From positions 11,554,567-11,618,566 of the forward strand of contig CM120644.1 in the NCBI GenBank assembly GCA_051362555.1: a DNA stretch of 64,000 nucleotides, in the 5' to 3' direction. This document shows, piece by piece, positions 51,015 through 61,008 of the stretch. Numbering within the stretch: the stretch's first letter is position 1; each line of letters starts with the position of its first letter. Under the pieces are notes generated by a model. That model saw nothing but the letters and a program-made list of their open reading frames with translations, was not told the origin of the DNA and did not search any database. Both the position numbers and the translations under genes were made by a program. Source of the DNA: Lingula anatina (taxonomy: Eukaryota; Animalia; Brachiopoda).

Positions 51015-54000
51015 TTTTGCATATTTTGAGAACTCTTGTTGATTGCATTTTATAGAGCTTGTCAAGCACAAGACAGGTGGTGGTGTCCCTTTTTTGCAGG
51101 GGTTTCCATACGAATGCGCTTACTCCAGCAGGTGGTACATTATCCGGAGGCGGTATCGCCTCTCTGATCCTCTAGTTATAATAATGATCATAATGGTAAT
51201 AATGTTAGTGATGAAAATGATGATGATGAGAATGATATTATGGGCTCTTGAAAAAAATTTGTATCCAGTCTACTGAGAATACAGATTAACTTTTCTCAGT
51301 TTTTGTTATTTCATCTGTTCTAAGTCCAGTATTAGATATAACATACTTACAAAACTCAACTAGACGTCAACCAACAGAAACATGATATTAATAATATATG
51401 AAATCAGTACTGTGTGTTTTCAGCTACATCAATGTCCAGACGGGAGAGGCCAGGGTGACCCTGTACAAAAGTCAGGAGGCGGCCTACGTGGACCACATCA
51501 AGGTCTTGGGGAATGACACGGGCAATGACGAGATGCAGAAAATTTGTATATGTCTCAGGATAGTGGTGAGTGATGAATTATGTACCTTGTTGTTATGCTT
51601 ATGTTGTGTTTTCAGTTAATTTAGGTTGACCCAAGTTACAGCAGTGTTGATTTGAAGTGTTTTAAGTTATTACAAATCAGGAGAAATGCACATCTCCGTC
51701 CATGATTTGGTACCATTGAATTGAGAGAGAGGGAGAGAGAGAGAGAGATGTTGTTAAAAGTTGTCTTTTCAGCTTATTACAGCAGAGATGTCATTGGTGT
51801 TTTGCACACTCTGGTGCACACTACATTTTGTGGATATCTTCACCAGCACCAATACCATGTCCAAAAGCTCTGCTTCTCTGGTTAACCCCCCCCCCCCTCT
51901 TCCCAAGTTATAATCAGGATGTCAAGAAAATGACTGCAAATGACCAGAACTTATCATAATATTTAAAAAAGGATGTTATCCTTAAAGCATTTAAATTTTG
52001 TTTTGCCGTTTTCCCCAGAGAAATCCCATCATCGGAGACAAGTTTGCCAGTCGTCATGGTCAGAAGGGAATTTGCAGGTATGGATTAATTATAAGACCTG
52101 ATCACTTAATTGTTGAATAGATGGTCATATAATATATTACTTGTAGTGAAGTTATTTCTTTAGAACTTTTGTTTCACTAGCAAAGTGACTGTTAGTAGTA
52201 TGGAGTACAAGTATTACCACAAAAGTATAATTGCAACCAATTTACAAACATTTCTCCACTTGATAATTCTTAATTGTTTAACTATAATTTTCTTTTATTT
52301 AATTATCTTTTTGAAAGCCAATAGTTTCAAAGTTAATTACCTTTCCGTTCTTGCTAATGAATGCCTCAAAAATAAATTTGTTAATTTTAAGTTATTAATT
52401 TATTTGTACTACAATTAATTTATGTCCATTTTATTATATCTCATACAGCCAGAAGTGGCCCAATGAAAACATGCCGTTCTCAGAGAGTGGGATGACCCCT
52501 GACATCCTGTTTAACCCCCATGGATTTCCCTCTCGTATGACAATAGGTATGTCTCAGTAGTTTACACACACTCAATTTCAGAGGTTTCTGTTGATCATGA
52601 TCATGTCCAGAAAAATAGCAGATGAGACAGCAGTTTTTCTCCATTTTTTTCCCAAACGTCTTTCAAAATACATTTGGACATTTCAGTAAATTGATCAACA
52701 AATTAAAAATTATTCTATGATAATTGTCTTTGTGTTTTATACATGCTTTAAACTAGCAATTTATAAATCTGTCATTTTCTTCAAGGTATGATGATAGAGA
52801 GTATGGCAGGAAAATCTGGAGCTCTCCATGGATTGTGTCACGATTCCACACCATTTTGTTTTTCCGAAGAGAATCCAGCTATAGATTACTTTGGAAGAGC
52901 GTTAACAGCAGGTAAAGTTGGCTCCCACTGAGGGAAGAACCCTTTTTGCAAAAGAAATGAAGTCAAAAACTTTTCTTGAATAAGACTGCTAAGAATTGTT
53001 ACCAAATAAGATGTGTTTCCCAAAGAAAAAATTGACTGCTTTCAAGTTGTTTTCAGAAATGTTTATAGATCAAGCCATACTATTATTGTCTTGTAACTGA
53101 TTTATTTGCTAATTATTTAAAGCAGAGCCTTTTTATCACGTTGTTTTCCTACTGCAATGGGTCAAGTTACTCAATCTTTCAGCTGGGTACAACTACTTCG
53201 GGACAGAGAGGATGTACAGTGGCATAGACGGCAGGGAGTTCGAGGCAGACATCTTCTTTGGCATTGTGTATTATCAAAGGCTGCGTCACATGGTGTCAGA
53301 CAAGTTCCAGGTAACTTTATTCCTTCAAGAAACAAGTTTCAACATGTTGTCTTCTTATATAGTGGCTTCAGACAGTTTCAAGAGAGAATGTGGAAATGAC
53401 TCGAACAACTAATTTTCTTTAATGATTTTGTTTCCTGTATCATTTTGACAGACAAGCTGCAGAGGCTTAAAGCTAGTGTTTCAGATAAAACAAAGTCTTC
53501 AAATTAAGGATTTATTTTCAGGGTGATCAAAATGTTACAAAGAAATTTTGACTGATAACTTATTCATGGCTTCACATAAATTGTTTGATATATAATGTAC
53601 ATGTCCTCAATGCTTCAAGAAATTTTGTTTGAGAGCTGACAGTTTCCTTAAGCTTGATATTTTCAGGTCCATCGTCAGCAACTCTCTTACACATACACTG
53701 TCTTGATTTGTAAGATCTTATGGATGCTCATCCAAATCCTGATTGGTTAGGAGATGTGAACAGCTAAAAGAAATTTTTTTAAAAGATTCATCATAACTAA
53801 TTTTATTTGTTAATTTGTCCATAATTATTTTGAAAAATGAAACCGCTTGTGTCGTTTCTCCCTGTAGGTGAGATCGACAGGGCCTATAGACCAGCTGACA
53901 CATCAGCCTGTGAAAGGAAGAAAGAAGGGAGGTGGGGTGAGGTTTGGAGAGATGGAGAGGGATGCCATCTTGTCATTGGGGACTGCCTTCATTCTACAGG

Positions 54001-54113
54001 ACAGGCTGGTCAACTGCTCGGACAAGACCATGGTAATATTTAGTTGGATTTAACTTGTTTTTTGATACTCACAACTATGAGATGCAAGTATTATAATAAT
54101 AATAATAATAATA

Positions 54114-54153
<40 letters not shown>

Positions 54154-54642
54154 CCTTTTACATATTATGAATAATGCTTGCACCAACATATGATTTCATT
54201 ATAGAAATCAAAACATATGCTATGCCTTACATTATGATATCTTCTATCAAAATATTTAGGCAGTCTTTTGAAGCCATGAAAGTTATTCTCACCCATGTAA
54301 TCAGTATACTATCAGATAAGACATTCACTCAAGCAGTAGCATACAAGAACAAGTAATCATTATTACAGTTTTACATTTATATTTAAATCACATTTCTGAT
54401 ACATTGTATCTTTCCAGGCACGAGTGTGCACGAAATGCGGCAGCCTGCTTTCAGCTCAGATGGAGAAGCCACCCTCCGCTCTGGCAGCTGCTTCCTTCGA
54501 AGCTGCCCGCCACTGGGTGTGCAAAATATGTGGTAGAAAAGACTCAGTTGTGGAAATCTCCATCCCATTTGTGTTCAAGTATTTAGTTGCGGAACTGGCA
54601 GCCATGAACATTAAGCTGACGTTAGATGTTAAACCAGTATGA
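4884..54642 (+). CDS. POLR1B: RNA polymerase I second-largest subunit (RPA2/RPA135), 31 coding exons: 4884-4958, 5502-5579, 6099-6158, 6487-6561, 7115-7234, 7668-7733, 11351-11425, 11891-11989, 12245-12340, 12743-12819, 12938-13084, 15809-15862, 16230-16347, 16692-16779, 20076-20182, 41640-41775, 42150-42223, 42491-42697, 43261-43458, 43887-43994, 44373-44549, 44893-44976, 45450-45504, 45767-45863, 51424-51565, 52019-52077, 52449-52546, 52786-52911, 53183-53310, 53868-54032, 54418-54642
   Basis: The spliced translation is colinear with RPA2: [144 protein letters not shown]-terminal zinc ribbon, [16 protein letters not shown] at ~54674. Confidence 0.97.
5702..5881. mobile_element. MITE with 16-bp TIRs (CAGG termini, hAT-like) in POLR1B intron 2
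   Basis: CAGGGCTTGACATTAA ... TTAGTGTCAAGTCCTG, flanked by TCACA on both sides. Only 5 bp are duplicated, not the 8 bp expected for hAT, so the superfamily is uncertain. Confidence 0.6.
8192..11138 (+). mobile_element. Non-autonomous Helentron-type (HINE/DINE-like) element, family A copy 1, with an internal duplication (intron 6)
   Basis: 5' ATTGTACCACCAGC within a hairpin, then a (CCGCCGGCT)-like microsatellite and 146-bp tandem arrays (about 6 units at 9215-10090 and about 4 at 10389-10925, separated by a re-copy of 8921-9200). 3' inverted GCTGGTGGTACAAT, stem-loop CGGAGGCGGTATCGCCTCTCTG, CTAGTT end. TT-rich junctions. Confidence 0.85.
11137..11286. repeat. ~75-bp tandem duplication immediately after the element end
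   Basis: tttaatttgttttatagtttatgcaattttcttcatatttcaatcactg... occurs at 11137 and again at 11211. Confidence 0.8.
12425..12524 (+). ncRNA. Candidate intronic box C/D snoRNA (POLR1B intron 9)
   Basis: C box GTGATGA 12436-12442, D' CAGA 12461-12464, C' GTGATGT 12475-12481, D box CTGA 12504-12507. Closed by a perfect 11-bp stem ATGATTGACTT/AAGTCAATCAT, on the host sense strand. Target not identified. Confidence 0.6.
13442..15763 (+). mobile_element. Helentron-type family A copy 2 (intron 11)
   Basis: Same termini and body as copy 1. About 8 units of 146 bp, with caaaactggc at 14431, 14577 ... 15453. Confidence 0.85.
17084..19974 (+). mobile_element. Helentron-type family A copy 3 (intron 14)
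   Basis: Same termini, nearly identical to copy 2. About 12 units of 146 bp (18065 to 19671 in steps of 146). Confidence 0.85.
21314..27220 (-). CDS. BEN-domain protein, ~588 aa; exons 27193-27220 (tentative first exon), 23305-23472, 23025-23161, 21314-22747
   Basis: Exon phases close (1,1,0) at canonical GT-AG sites. The C-terminus [25 protein letters not shown]...[16 protein letters not shown]...[13 protein letters not shown] fits the BEN pattern. Also contains a PKKKRKV NLS, a short coiled segment [15 protein letters not shown] and a Pro/Thr-rich linker. An alternative ATGG|GT first exon at ~23662 cannot be excluded. Confidence 0.72.
21937..22205 (-). repeat. Coding 78-bp tandem repeat (26 aa, [26 protein letters not shown]), about 3.4 copies
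   Basis: cacagggcgtggcaggtgcagg at 21937, 22015, 22093 and 22171. Confidence 0.9.
28212..30199 (+). CDS. Tc1-like DD34E transposase, 343 aa, 4 exons: 28212-28500, 28894-29064, 29371-29511, 29769-30199
   Basis: N-terminal HTH with RSGRP, then [25 protein letters not shown] and [11 protein letters not shown]. 34 residues separate the second D from the E. No stops or frameshifts after removing three phase-1 GT-AG introns. AATAAA at ~30548. Confidence 0.93.
28587..28751. mobile_element. 165-bp foldback MITE with a 9-bp TSD inside transposase intron 1
   Basis: Long inverted arms ACCCTCTACCAAGGCGACTGA.../...TCAGTCGCCCTGGTAGAGGGT. GTACAGTGT is duplicated at 28578-28586 and 28752-28760, consistent with a Mutator-like element. 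Confidence 0.8.
31275..33471 (+). mobile_element. Helentron-type non-autonomous element, family B
   Basis: 5' 14-bp-arm palindrome TATGTACAGACACA-GA-TGTGTCTGTACATA, then a (CGTCGC) microsatellite and three tandem arrays (159 bp x~3, ~388 bp x2, ~355 bp x2). 3' inverted TGTCTGTACAT at 33439 followed by a small stem-loop GACAGCTTTGCTGCC. Confidence 0.75.
34498..37688 (-). CDS. Polypeptide GalNAc-transferase-like (GT27) type II membrane protein, ~993 aa, nested antisense in POLR1B intron 15; exons 37233-37688 and 34498-37023
   Basis: Basic N-terminal tail, TM segment ([19 protein letters not shown]), repetitive stem, GT-A domain ([43 protein letters not shown]...[23 protein letters not shown]) and a C-terminal ricin-type lectin domain. 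Phase-0 GT-AG intron. Confidence 0.9.
36400..36935 (-). repeat. Coding 27-bp tandem repeat (9 aa, EEAPAGQAH-like), roughly 17-18 copies plus shorter variants
   Basis: cttcatgaccttgagcagcagg recurs every 27 bp (for example 36501 and 36528). A second repeat of 30 bp ([10 protein letters not shown]) lies at ~37375-37500. Confidence 0.9.
45895..46445 (+). mobile_element. 5' portion of a diverged family A Helentron-type element (intron 24)
   Basis: ATTGTACCAGCAGTGTAGGCGCTTGTGGTAC..., colinear with 8194-8770. Confidence 0.8.
46610..47367 (+). mobile_element. Family B-derived modules ending in a family B 3' terminus
   Basis: 46615-46725 resembles 31950-32055, and 47160-47210 resembles 32970-33020. 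47331-47365 TTTTGTCTGTACATTTGACAGCTTTGCTGCCTTGT matches 33436-33470. Confidence 0.65.
47922..49799 (-). CDS. EF-hand sarcoplasmic calcium-binding protein (SCP)-like protein with a predicted signal peptide, 221 aa; exons 49689-49799 and 47922-48476; nested antisense in POLR1B intron 24
   Basis: Exon 1 ([37 protein letters not shown]|GT) splices in frame to [34 protein letters not shown] ... [14 protein letters not shown] ... YLWG. EF loops 1 and 4 are canonical; loops 2 and 3 are degenerate. TATA-like TATATATAG at ~49882-49890. Confidence 0.8.
48697..48892. mobile_element. hAT-like MITE in the intron of the SCP-like gene
   Basis: Imperfect TIRs CAGTGGCAGATTTAGAGGGGG ... CCTGGATCCGCCCCTG. No clear TSD. 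Confidence 0.55.
50460..51177 (+). mobile_element. 3' portion of a diverged family A element, containing one family B-type monomer
   Basis: About 2 decayed 146-bp units, then a family B-like 159-bp unit at ~50810-50945 and (TA)n. Ends GCAGGTGGTACATTATCCGGAGGCGGTATCGCCTCTCTGATCCTCTAGTT. Confidence 0.8.
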
Positions 54643-55619
54643 ACTGTGATGGTATATCAAATTATATTCATGAAATAAAAATATTTGTATTTTTGGGTGC
54701 ATATGCTTCGATCAGGCATATGGCCAACAATTTGAAAGATGGGTTTCTTATTTGAAGAAGTGTCTTTTTGACCACTTAGTTGAGACAACGTATGAGATAT
54801 ACCATCAAACCAAAATACAATTTACATCAGAATGGATCTTTTCTGGCCAAAAGGGCATTTCTCTCCTGACTTGAAATGATTGCCCCACTGTTGTAGGGGT
54901 GGTTTAGGACAGACAAGGTTTGTTATATGTGTGGAACTGCCATCTGCTAGTAAAGTAATTGTTGATCCATGGTATGTGTGCATGCCTGACCATTCCTAAC
55001 TCACAGAGACTAGAATCCTCAAAAGAGGAAATAAAATTTATTTCAAAATATCTTGTATAATTTGTTATCTTTATTGTTAAAATAAATTTTGATATGCAAC
55101 TTGTGGGTTCATAGTTCAGTTTTTCTCTCTTTTATGGAAAGTAGTATTGGATTGATAAGATTATATCTCTCTGATGGGTAAGTACAACATACGTGAATAA
55201 TGTTTGAGACATAAAAATCAAATAAGGTAAACTTTTCTTTTCAATTTTTTCAACTCATTTTATATGTAATGGTAATTAAAAAGCGTGTCAGATCACATGA
55301 CATATTGCACTGTTGTCTGATTGATAAATTGTACATGATTACAGAATGTAATAGAATGTCATGTTATTTTATACGTTTCGAATAATTTAATCTTGCAGGC
55401 GAGCAAATGAAGATAAAGTGCCCATGCAGGGACTTGCATGATAGTAGAATACATACTTGATGATTTTTAAGTGATTGTGCCAGCGACGCTAGTTACGATG
55501 TGACCATGGGGTTTAAAACTAGAAAAGCACTCCGAGAGAGCAGACCTCTGCCAAGGCAGCGATTTTTGATTATTATTGATTATTGATTGATTATTGATCC
55601 GGATCACCACCAAAAACTA

Positions 55620-58600
55620 CCCAGCAGGCACACAACATTTGATTCAATGTTGATTCAACATTGATTCACATCGTTGAATTTTTGTTGAATTTATTATTGA
55701 AAGTGGAAATTTGTGTCAACGTTGAAAAATTACATTGAATCAACGTTGGCATTCAATGCTGAATCATGATTGACAGTATAATGTTGTTTCAACATTAGAA
55801 ATCTCACATTGATTATATGTTGATTTAGCATTGCTTATATGTTGATTTAGCATTGATTAACTGTTGATTTCACATTAATTTAAAGTTGAGACAAATAGCA
55901 TTTTCAATGTCTTTATTTTGTCACTGCATAAAAGGAAAAAATGCTACTAATTAAAGTAGTTAAAATATACACAGTGTACAACATAGTGATAATAAATTCA
56001 AACAAGCACTGGGCTTCAGGACTATGCAAGTTAAAAGTCAACCAACATTGTCAAAACACTGTATATGTATGACAACAGAACAAAATTGTAGAGGGAGCGA
56101 GTTACTTACTTCAAAGCTCTAATTAATTCTCGGCTGCGCTCGGAGGAGATTCTGACACCTTGACGCATGTGCAGTTAAGTTAGAGAGAAAGAAATGGCTG
56201 TCGTGGTTGCTTTGATAAATGTTTGTCGATTTTTGTGCAACAAGACGTAGAAGATGAGGTTCATATACACACGACAGATATGAGTGCAATCTGATGAACT
56301 CCACAGTTTAGAGATATTATTGTAAGTATTCCAGCAATGTCCATCACGAGGCCAAAATAATAGTTCAAATTCTTAATTGTTACTTTCTTCCACCTCCATC
56401 TTTTCTTTCTGGTGCCCATTTTAGATAGTTAACGATGCTGTCGGAGACTTCCTTCTCCGTACAGCTATATCTTGACATCATGACATCTGGAAAAAAAAGT
56501 GAAGTAGAAATGTAAGCATATATGTATCGAATGTACGCTGGCAGGTGTGCCTATCATAGCTCATTGAGGGATTTTATGAATGAGGTTAAAGGGATAATAA
56601 CTCTTCGTATGAGATCTATATTTCACAATAAAAACACTGTGAATAACTTATAGAAATATAATATATTCTGTTTTACCACAAAAACGGCAGTTATAGCTAT
56701 CTGATATCTGAGCTTGTCTTTAGACCACGTGACCTCTATTGATGGCTATACTTTGTTAAAATCTCTTAAGAGATTTTAACAAAAAAACAATCTTTTTAGA
56801 AAAAACCAGGGACTAACTTTGAATGTAAAAATGGATTCATTAACCATTGGTAAGTATGGAAAAATTGTTGTTTTCTCCAGGAAAATTCATTTTTTGGCCG
56901 AAAGGAAGAGTTATTATCCCTTTAAGATTGGGTGTTCAATTCCAACTAGGGTGCAAAATGTAAGAACTATTTTTTTAGGCTTAGCTGCCCAAACTGGAGC
57001 TGATAGATAGATAAGTTTATTACAAAAATCAAATCAGGCACAAATTACAGCAGTAAATGTAAAACAAACTGCAACGTTAATGTAATTACCTTTGATCACC
57101 GTACCGAAGTTGCTGTGCCCAAACGGAAATTTATTTTTCTTCCCTGAAAAATTCATCCCAGCCATGACTCTGTTGGTCATACACCTACAAATAATATTTA
57201 TAAAATAACGGATATATTGAATAAAATCAGAAATGTTTGGGTTTGATCAAGAAAAGTCCAAAAAATTGGAAAAATAACTTGCACTTATTTTTAAAATTCT
57301 GATAAAAAAGGTTTATACTGCCAAACATACCAGTATAACGTAGCTATACACATGTAGGTTCAACTTTGTAATGTAATTAATTTACTAACATGAGCAGAAA
57401 TGTGTCAAGTGTAAAAGTATTAGTTATCATTCCATAAAGGTTTGATCATAACTTACATGTATACCCGAGTTCTAGGTTTCAGATAATGAAATGTATTTTT
57501 ACACATTAAACACAGAAAAAAATTAAGTAAATGCATATATATTAGTATTTGTCCTACCTAATTTGCATGGCCTTTTTAGTGTGATCACACATGGTAATAC
57601 CTCAGCTATATCGCAGCAACTGTGGCTTTCTATCAAATAGAAAAAAATAAATGGCATTATTATAAAAATAATAACTAGTTTTTGTCATTATATTATTGAA
57701 ACTGTGTGGCAAAACTTGCAAATATATATACAGGCATCAAACAGCAAAACATGCTTTCATTTTGGTAATTTCAGGTACTGATGTTATATATGAAATGCCC
57801 ACAGTCACAATAAAGATGGACAGAGACATACATATGTCACCCTGATCCATATTGCATAACTAATAAAAAGGGAAAAAATCTTCATATTTGAGTTTTGAAA
57901 GTGTAAAGCTTTTAATATTTAGCTACTTGTTTGACATAATTGAATCAAATAAAAACCACAAGTATTAGCATGAAGTTGGCCGATTATGTTGCCATTTTCT
58001 GGCCAAAATTAACTGAAATGTGATGAACTTTAACTGTTATAAGTTTGTGCACAAATAAGCACTTGTGAGGCTAATTTTCAAAAATAAAAATGCATCTTCC
58101 TCTCACAGATTTGGCTTGTTGGATCAAATCAGCACAACACAAAGTGGTGATTATTATAAAAGCAAGTGATGAATGCATGATTCAATTCAGTGAAAGATTT
58201 AAGTAGTTTTCAAGTTGTAGTTCTACTGATCCTGATGTTACTCCATATCATTCTCATCATTTTTATCAAGACTCCACCTGATCAATTATACATACTAGTA
58301 GCATAAACATAATTTGAACAGAAAAGTAGTATACTTACACAAATATCATAGTCCTCTTTGTCCTTCAGTGAATCACCAAAGTCAGTGAATTAAGGACTCC
58401 AGGGTTTCATGTTGTTGCAGGTGTTCTGAACTTTGTGGTATTATTGGATGGACTTTTCTGCATTATATCTCGTATTTCTGACAGAATGTACAAAACCCTT
58501 CTCTGAAAACCTGTGGAAAAAATAAACACTACATATACAAAAAATAAATCTTACTTCAATGTTGAATCAATTAATGTTGACATATGCCAACGTTGAATTG

Positions 58601-58699
58601 TGGTCGTTGAATCAAAGTTGATCGATGCAATGTTTATCAGCGTCTCAACATAACTTCAACAAAGATTCAACATTGAATCAACGTTGTGTGCCTGCTGGT
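55620..58699. mobile_element. Non-autonomous CACTA/EnSpm-like TIR element (3.08 kb) with a 2-bp TA TSD
   Basis: TIRs CCAGCAGGCACACAAC..GATTCAATGTTGA at both ends, with many subterminal TTGATTCAAC/GTTGAATCAA repeats. TA flanks both sides. Confidence 0.75.
56380..58510 (-). pseudogene. Remnant exons of a DUF4806-like transposon accessory gene: ~58338-58510 (disrupted), 57090-57184, 56380-56486
   Basis: FQRRVLYILSEIRD (followed by a stop and frameshift); CMTNRVMAGMNFSGKKNKFPFGHSNFGTVIK|DVMMSRYSCTEKEVSDSIVNYLKWAPERKDGGGRK*. Splice sites are retained. No start exon or transposase seen. Family call is from motif memory. Confidence 0.55.
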
Positions 58700-59242
58700 T
58701 AATCACTTCTAAGTTTACCCATTTCCCACCTACCCTGAAAATTTTATCAAAATCGGTCCATAACTTTTTGAGTTATATGTTGATGACAAACAAACAAACA
58801 AACAAACAGGGGTGAAAACATAACCTCCTTGGCGGAAGTAAAAATGATTTGCCGTACGTATGTACATGTACTAATAGCATCTGTCCACATACGTCTAAGA
58901 AGACCAATACTGGTATGTACGTGATAGACACATACGTATGTGACACATTTTAACACATGGAGAAATGTATTCATTTTTGTTTGGTTTCTAAGGTGTGATG
59001 ATCATACATGTAGTAGAATTATATTTACTTTCAAAGTACTGAAATGTGAAAAAATTCATAATTAAAAAAAAATTGTCCTCGAAAATATTATCACGACCTA
59101 CGACAATGTTCACAGGTGTGGGGGAACTGTATCCATATGACCTTTGACCCACAACACATGCTTGACCTAGTTTACAGAACCACAACACCGGCCACCATGC
59201 TTTTATTACAGTGGTTCTGAACGGCAATAAGACGAGAAGAAA

Positions 59243-61008
59243 ATGCTCACACAAGCTCGTCGGTTGCAGGTTCTTCGTAGAAACCTGCAGGTTAGACCCT
59301 CACATACAGATGGGGGCGCCAGTGAACGGAACAATACGACAGTTTCCCAAGAGAGTCCTTTCCGAATAGTTCCCGGCGATCCCAAGCACAGACTCGCCTC
59401 TGTGGAAGTTAACGGGCTAGGACTGGATGACTACGATAGAACAGGTGAAACGTGATTTCGTCGTCATTAATATGTGAATTAATGCAACGAGTAAAATGTG
59501 ACCGCAATGTGGTCGGTTTAGAGTTTTTACAAGCGGAGTTTGGCTTTGGGTTCCTGAGTAAAAGTGCTTCGAGCAGACTTGAAGGTGGGCTCTGTCTATA
59601 ATTGTGTTAGTTGAGACGGGTTGAGATCGGGGAGCATTGCGTAGCTTATGGATACGTTATTGAAAATATAATGAAATTTAAATATAAATAAATATAATGA
59701 TGATAATGACAATAATTAAATTGTAATATTTATCAAACAAAAATAGAAAGTCAGTATGCCATTTATATGCTTTATATGCTTTATTCATTGTAACGTATGC
59801 ATCTACATGGATAGATGAAAATGTACAAAAGGAATGCAAATATAAATAAATATGAATTAAGTTAAATAGTGATATTGTACGACTCCTTGTATGAAAAATA
59901 CAAAACATGTTTGGCAGAGCCCAAATGGTATTTATATGTTTATTTATTTTTATTAATTTAGTGTAGGAGAGCAGAGAGAGAATACCTGAAATATATTTTA
60001 TGATTAATTGCCTAAAGAAAAAAAAATTAAAATTTTCACAAATTAAAGAAAAATTAGCAATAGAAACTTACTACACCATTTTTCATTCCTTTCTGATCAT
60101 ATTGATAATAATACCAGGGGGGCACTATATATGCTTAATTCATATACTATAGTAAATGCAATTTTATATTCATTTAGATTTTGTTATCAAGTTCAGTTTT
60201 TCTTTCAGGTAATTTGAGTGTATGGAAAATTGCAAAATGGTTTGAGGGTACAAGAAAATTCTCCTTTGACGATATTCATGTACTACCAGAGTTGAACAAG
60301 ACAAGCCTAGCCTACATCATAGCAACTAAGTACATCCTTACTTCCGACATGTACATCCCATATAGACAAGCTCTGCAATGTCGTCTGCGATTTGACACAT
60401 GGATGTATAAAATAGGTGGCAGCACTTATGTGATCTCAACACAGTGCTTTCGGAAGTGTCCCACAGTTAGTGGATCATGTGACAAAGATGTTGCCACTGG
60501 TCAGAACATAGATACTGATGATACCACAGACTGTCTTGTAGGCGAGTGTATAGCCACAATGGTTGCTGTTGATAAAGTTACCCATAAGGCCGTCCCCTTG
60601 CCCAACTGGTTCAGGGAAAATTTTGGAAGCCATGTTGTTCCCTCTCCCCTACCTCTAAGTCCTGTCTCCCCTCTCACACCCAGCTCCTCTGTGCAAATGT
60701 TCACCTCCAATTTCCGCGTCCCCCCAAGTGACATGGATCACAACTGGCACACGCATCACACAAAATACATACGCTACTGTATTGATGAAGGTACCAAAGC
60801 TGCTCACCAGGGGGCCTACAGGCAGTTCCAAGATGATCTGTGCCACAGCCAGGTGTGTTACATGGAGATGCTGTACACAGGGCAGAGCCAGGCTGGGGAT
60901 GTTCTGCAGTGTAGCAGCTGGGAGGTGGAGAACCCAGGCAAGACTCTTTGCTTTCAGGTCAATAAAGACTCAACACCACTTTTTCATTGCTCTATGAAGT
61001 TCAGGTAG
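59243..61008 (+). CDS. Double-hotdog thioesterase-like protein (acyl-ACP/acyl-CoA thioesterase fold), 333 aa; exons 59243-59444 and 60209-61008
   Basis: A phase-1 intron joins DDYDRTG|NLSVWKIAKWFEGTR (first hotdog motif). Also MVAVDKVTHKAVPLPNWFRE and a second motif FRVPPSDMDHNWHTHHTKYIRY ... YTGQSQAGDVL. The first exon is CpG-rich. Confidence 0.72.

Larger units (their letters stand above)
55517..58844 (-). mobile_element. Short Helentron-type (DINE-like) element, family C, split by a nested insertion
   Basis: On the minus strand: TTTTTACTTCCGCCAAGGAGGTTATG, then (TTTG)n ... CCTTGGCAGAGGT, stem-loop and CTAGTT. Removing 55620-58699 rejoins caccaccaaaaac-TA-atcacttc. Confidence 0.7.

Noticed and set aside
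54092-54152. (AAT)n(ATT)n self-complementary tract and other microsatellites (CT, TA, CA, GA runs)
   Set aside because: Ordinary simple repeats with no sign of function.
4884-54642. Assignment as a Pol II/III subunit (RPB2/RPC2) or bacterial rpoB
   Set aside because: RPA2-specific segments ([47 protein letters not shown]) and spliceosomal introns identify POLR1B.
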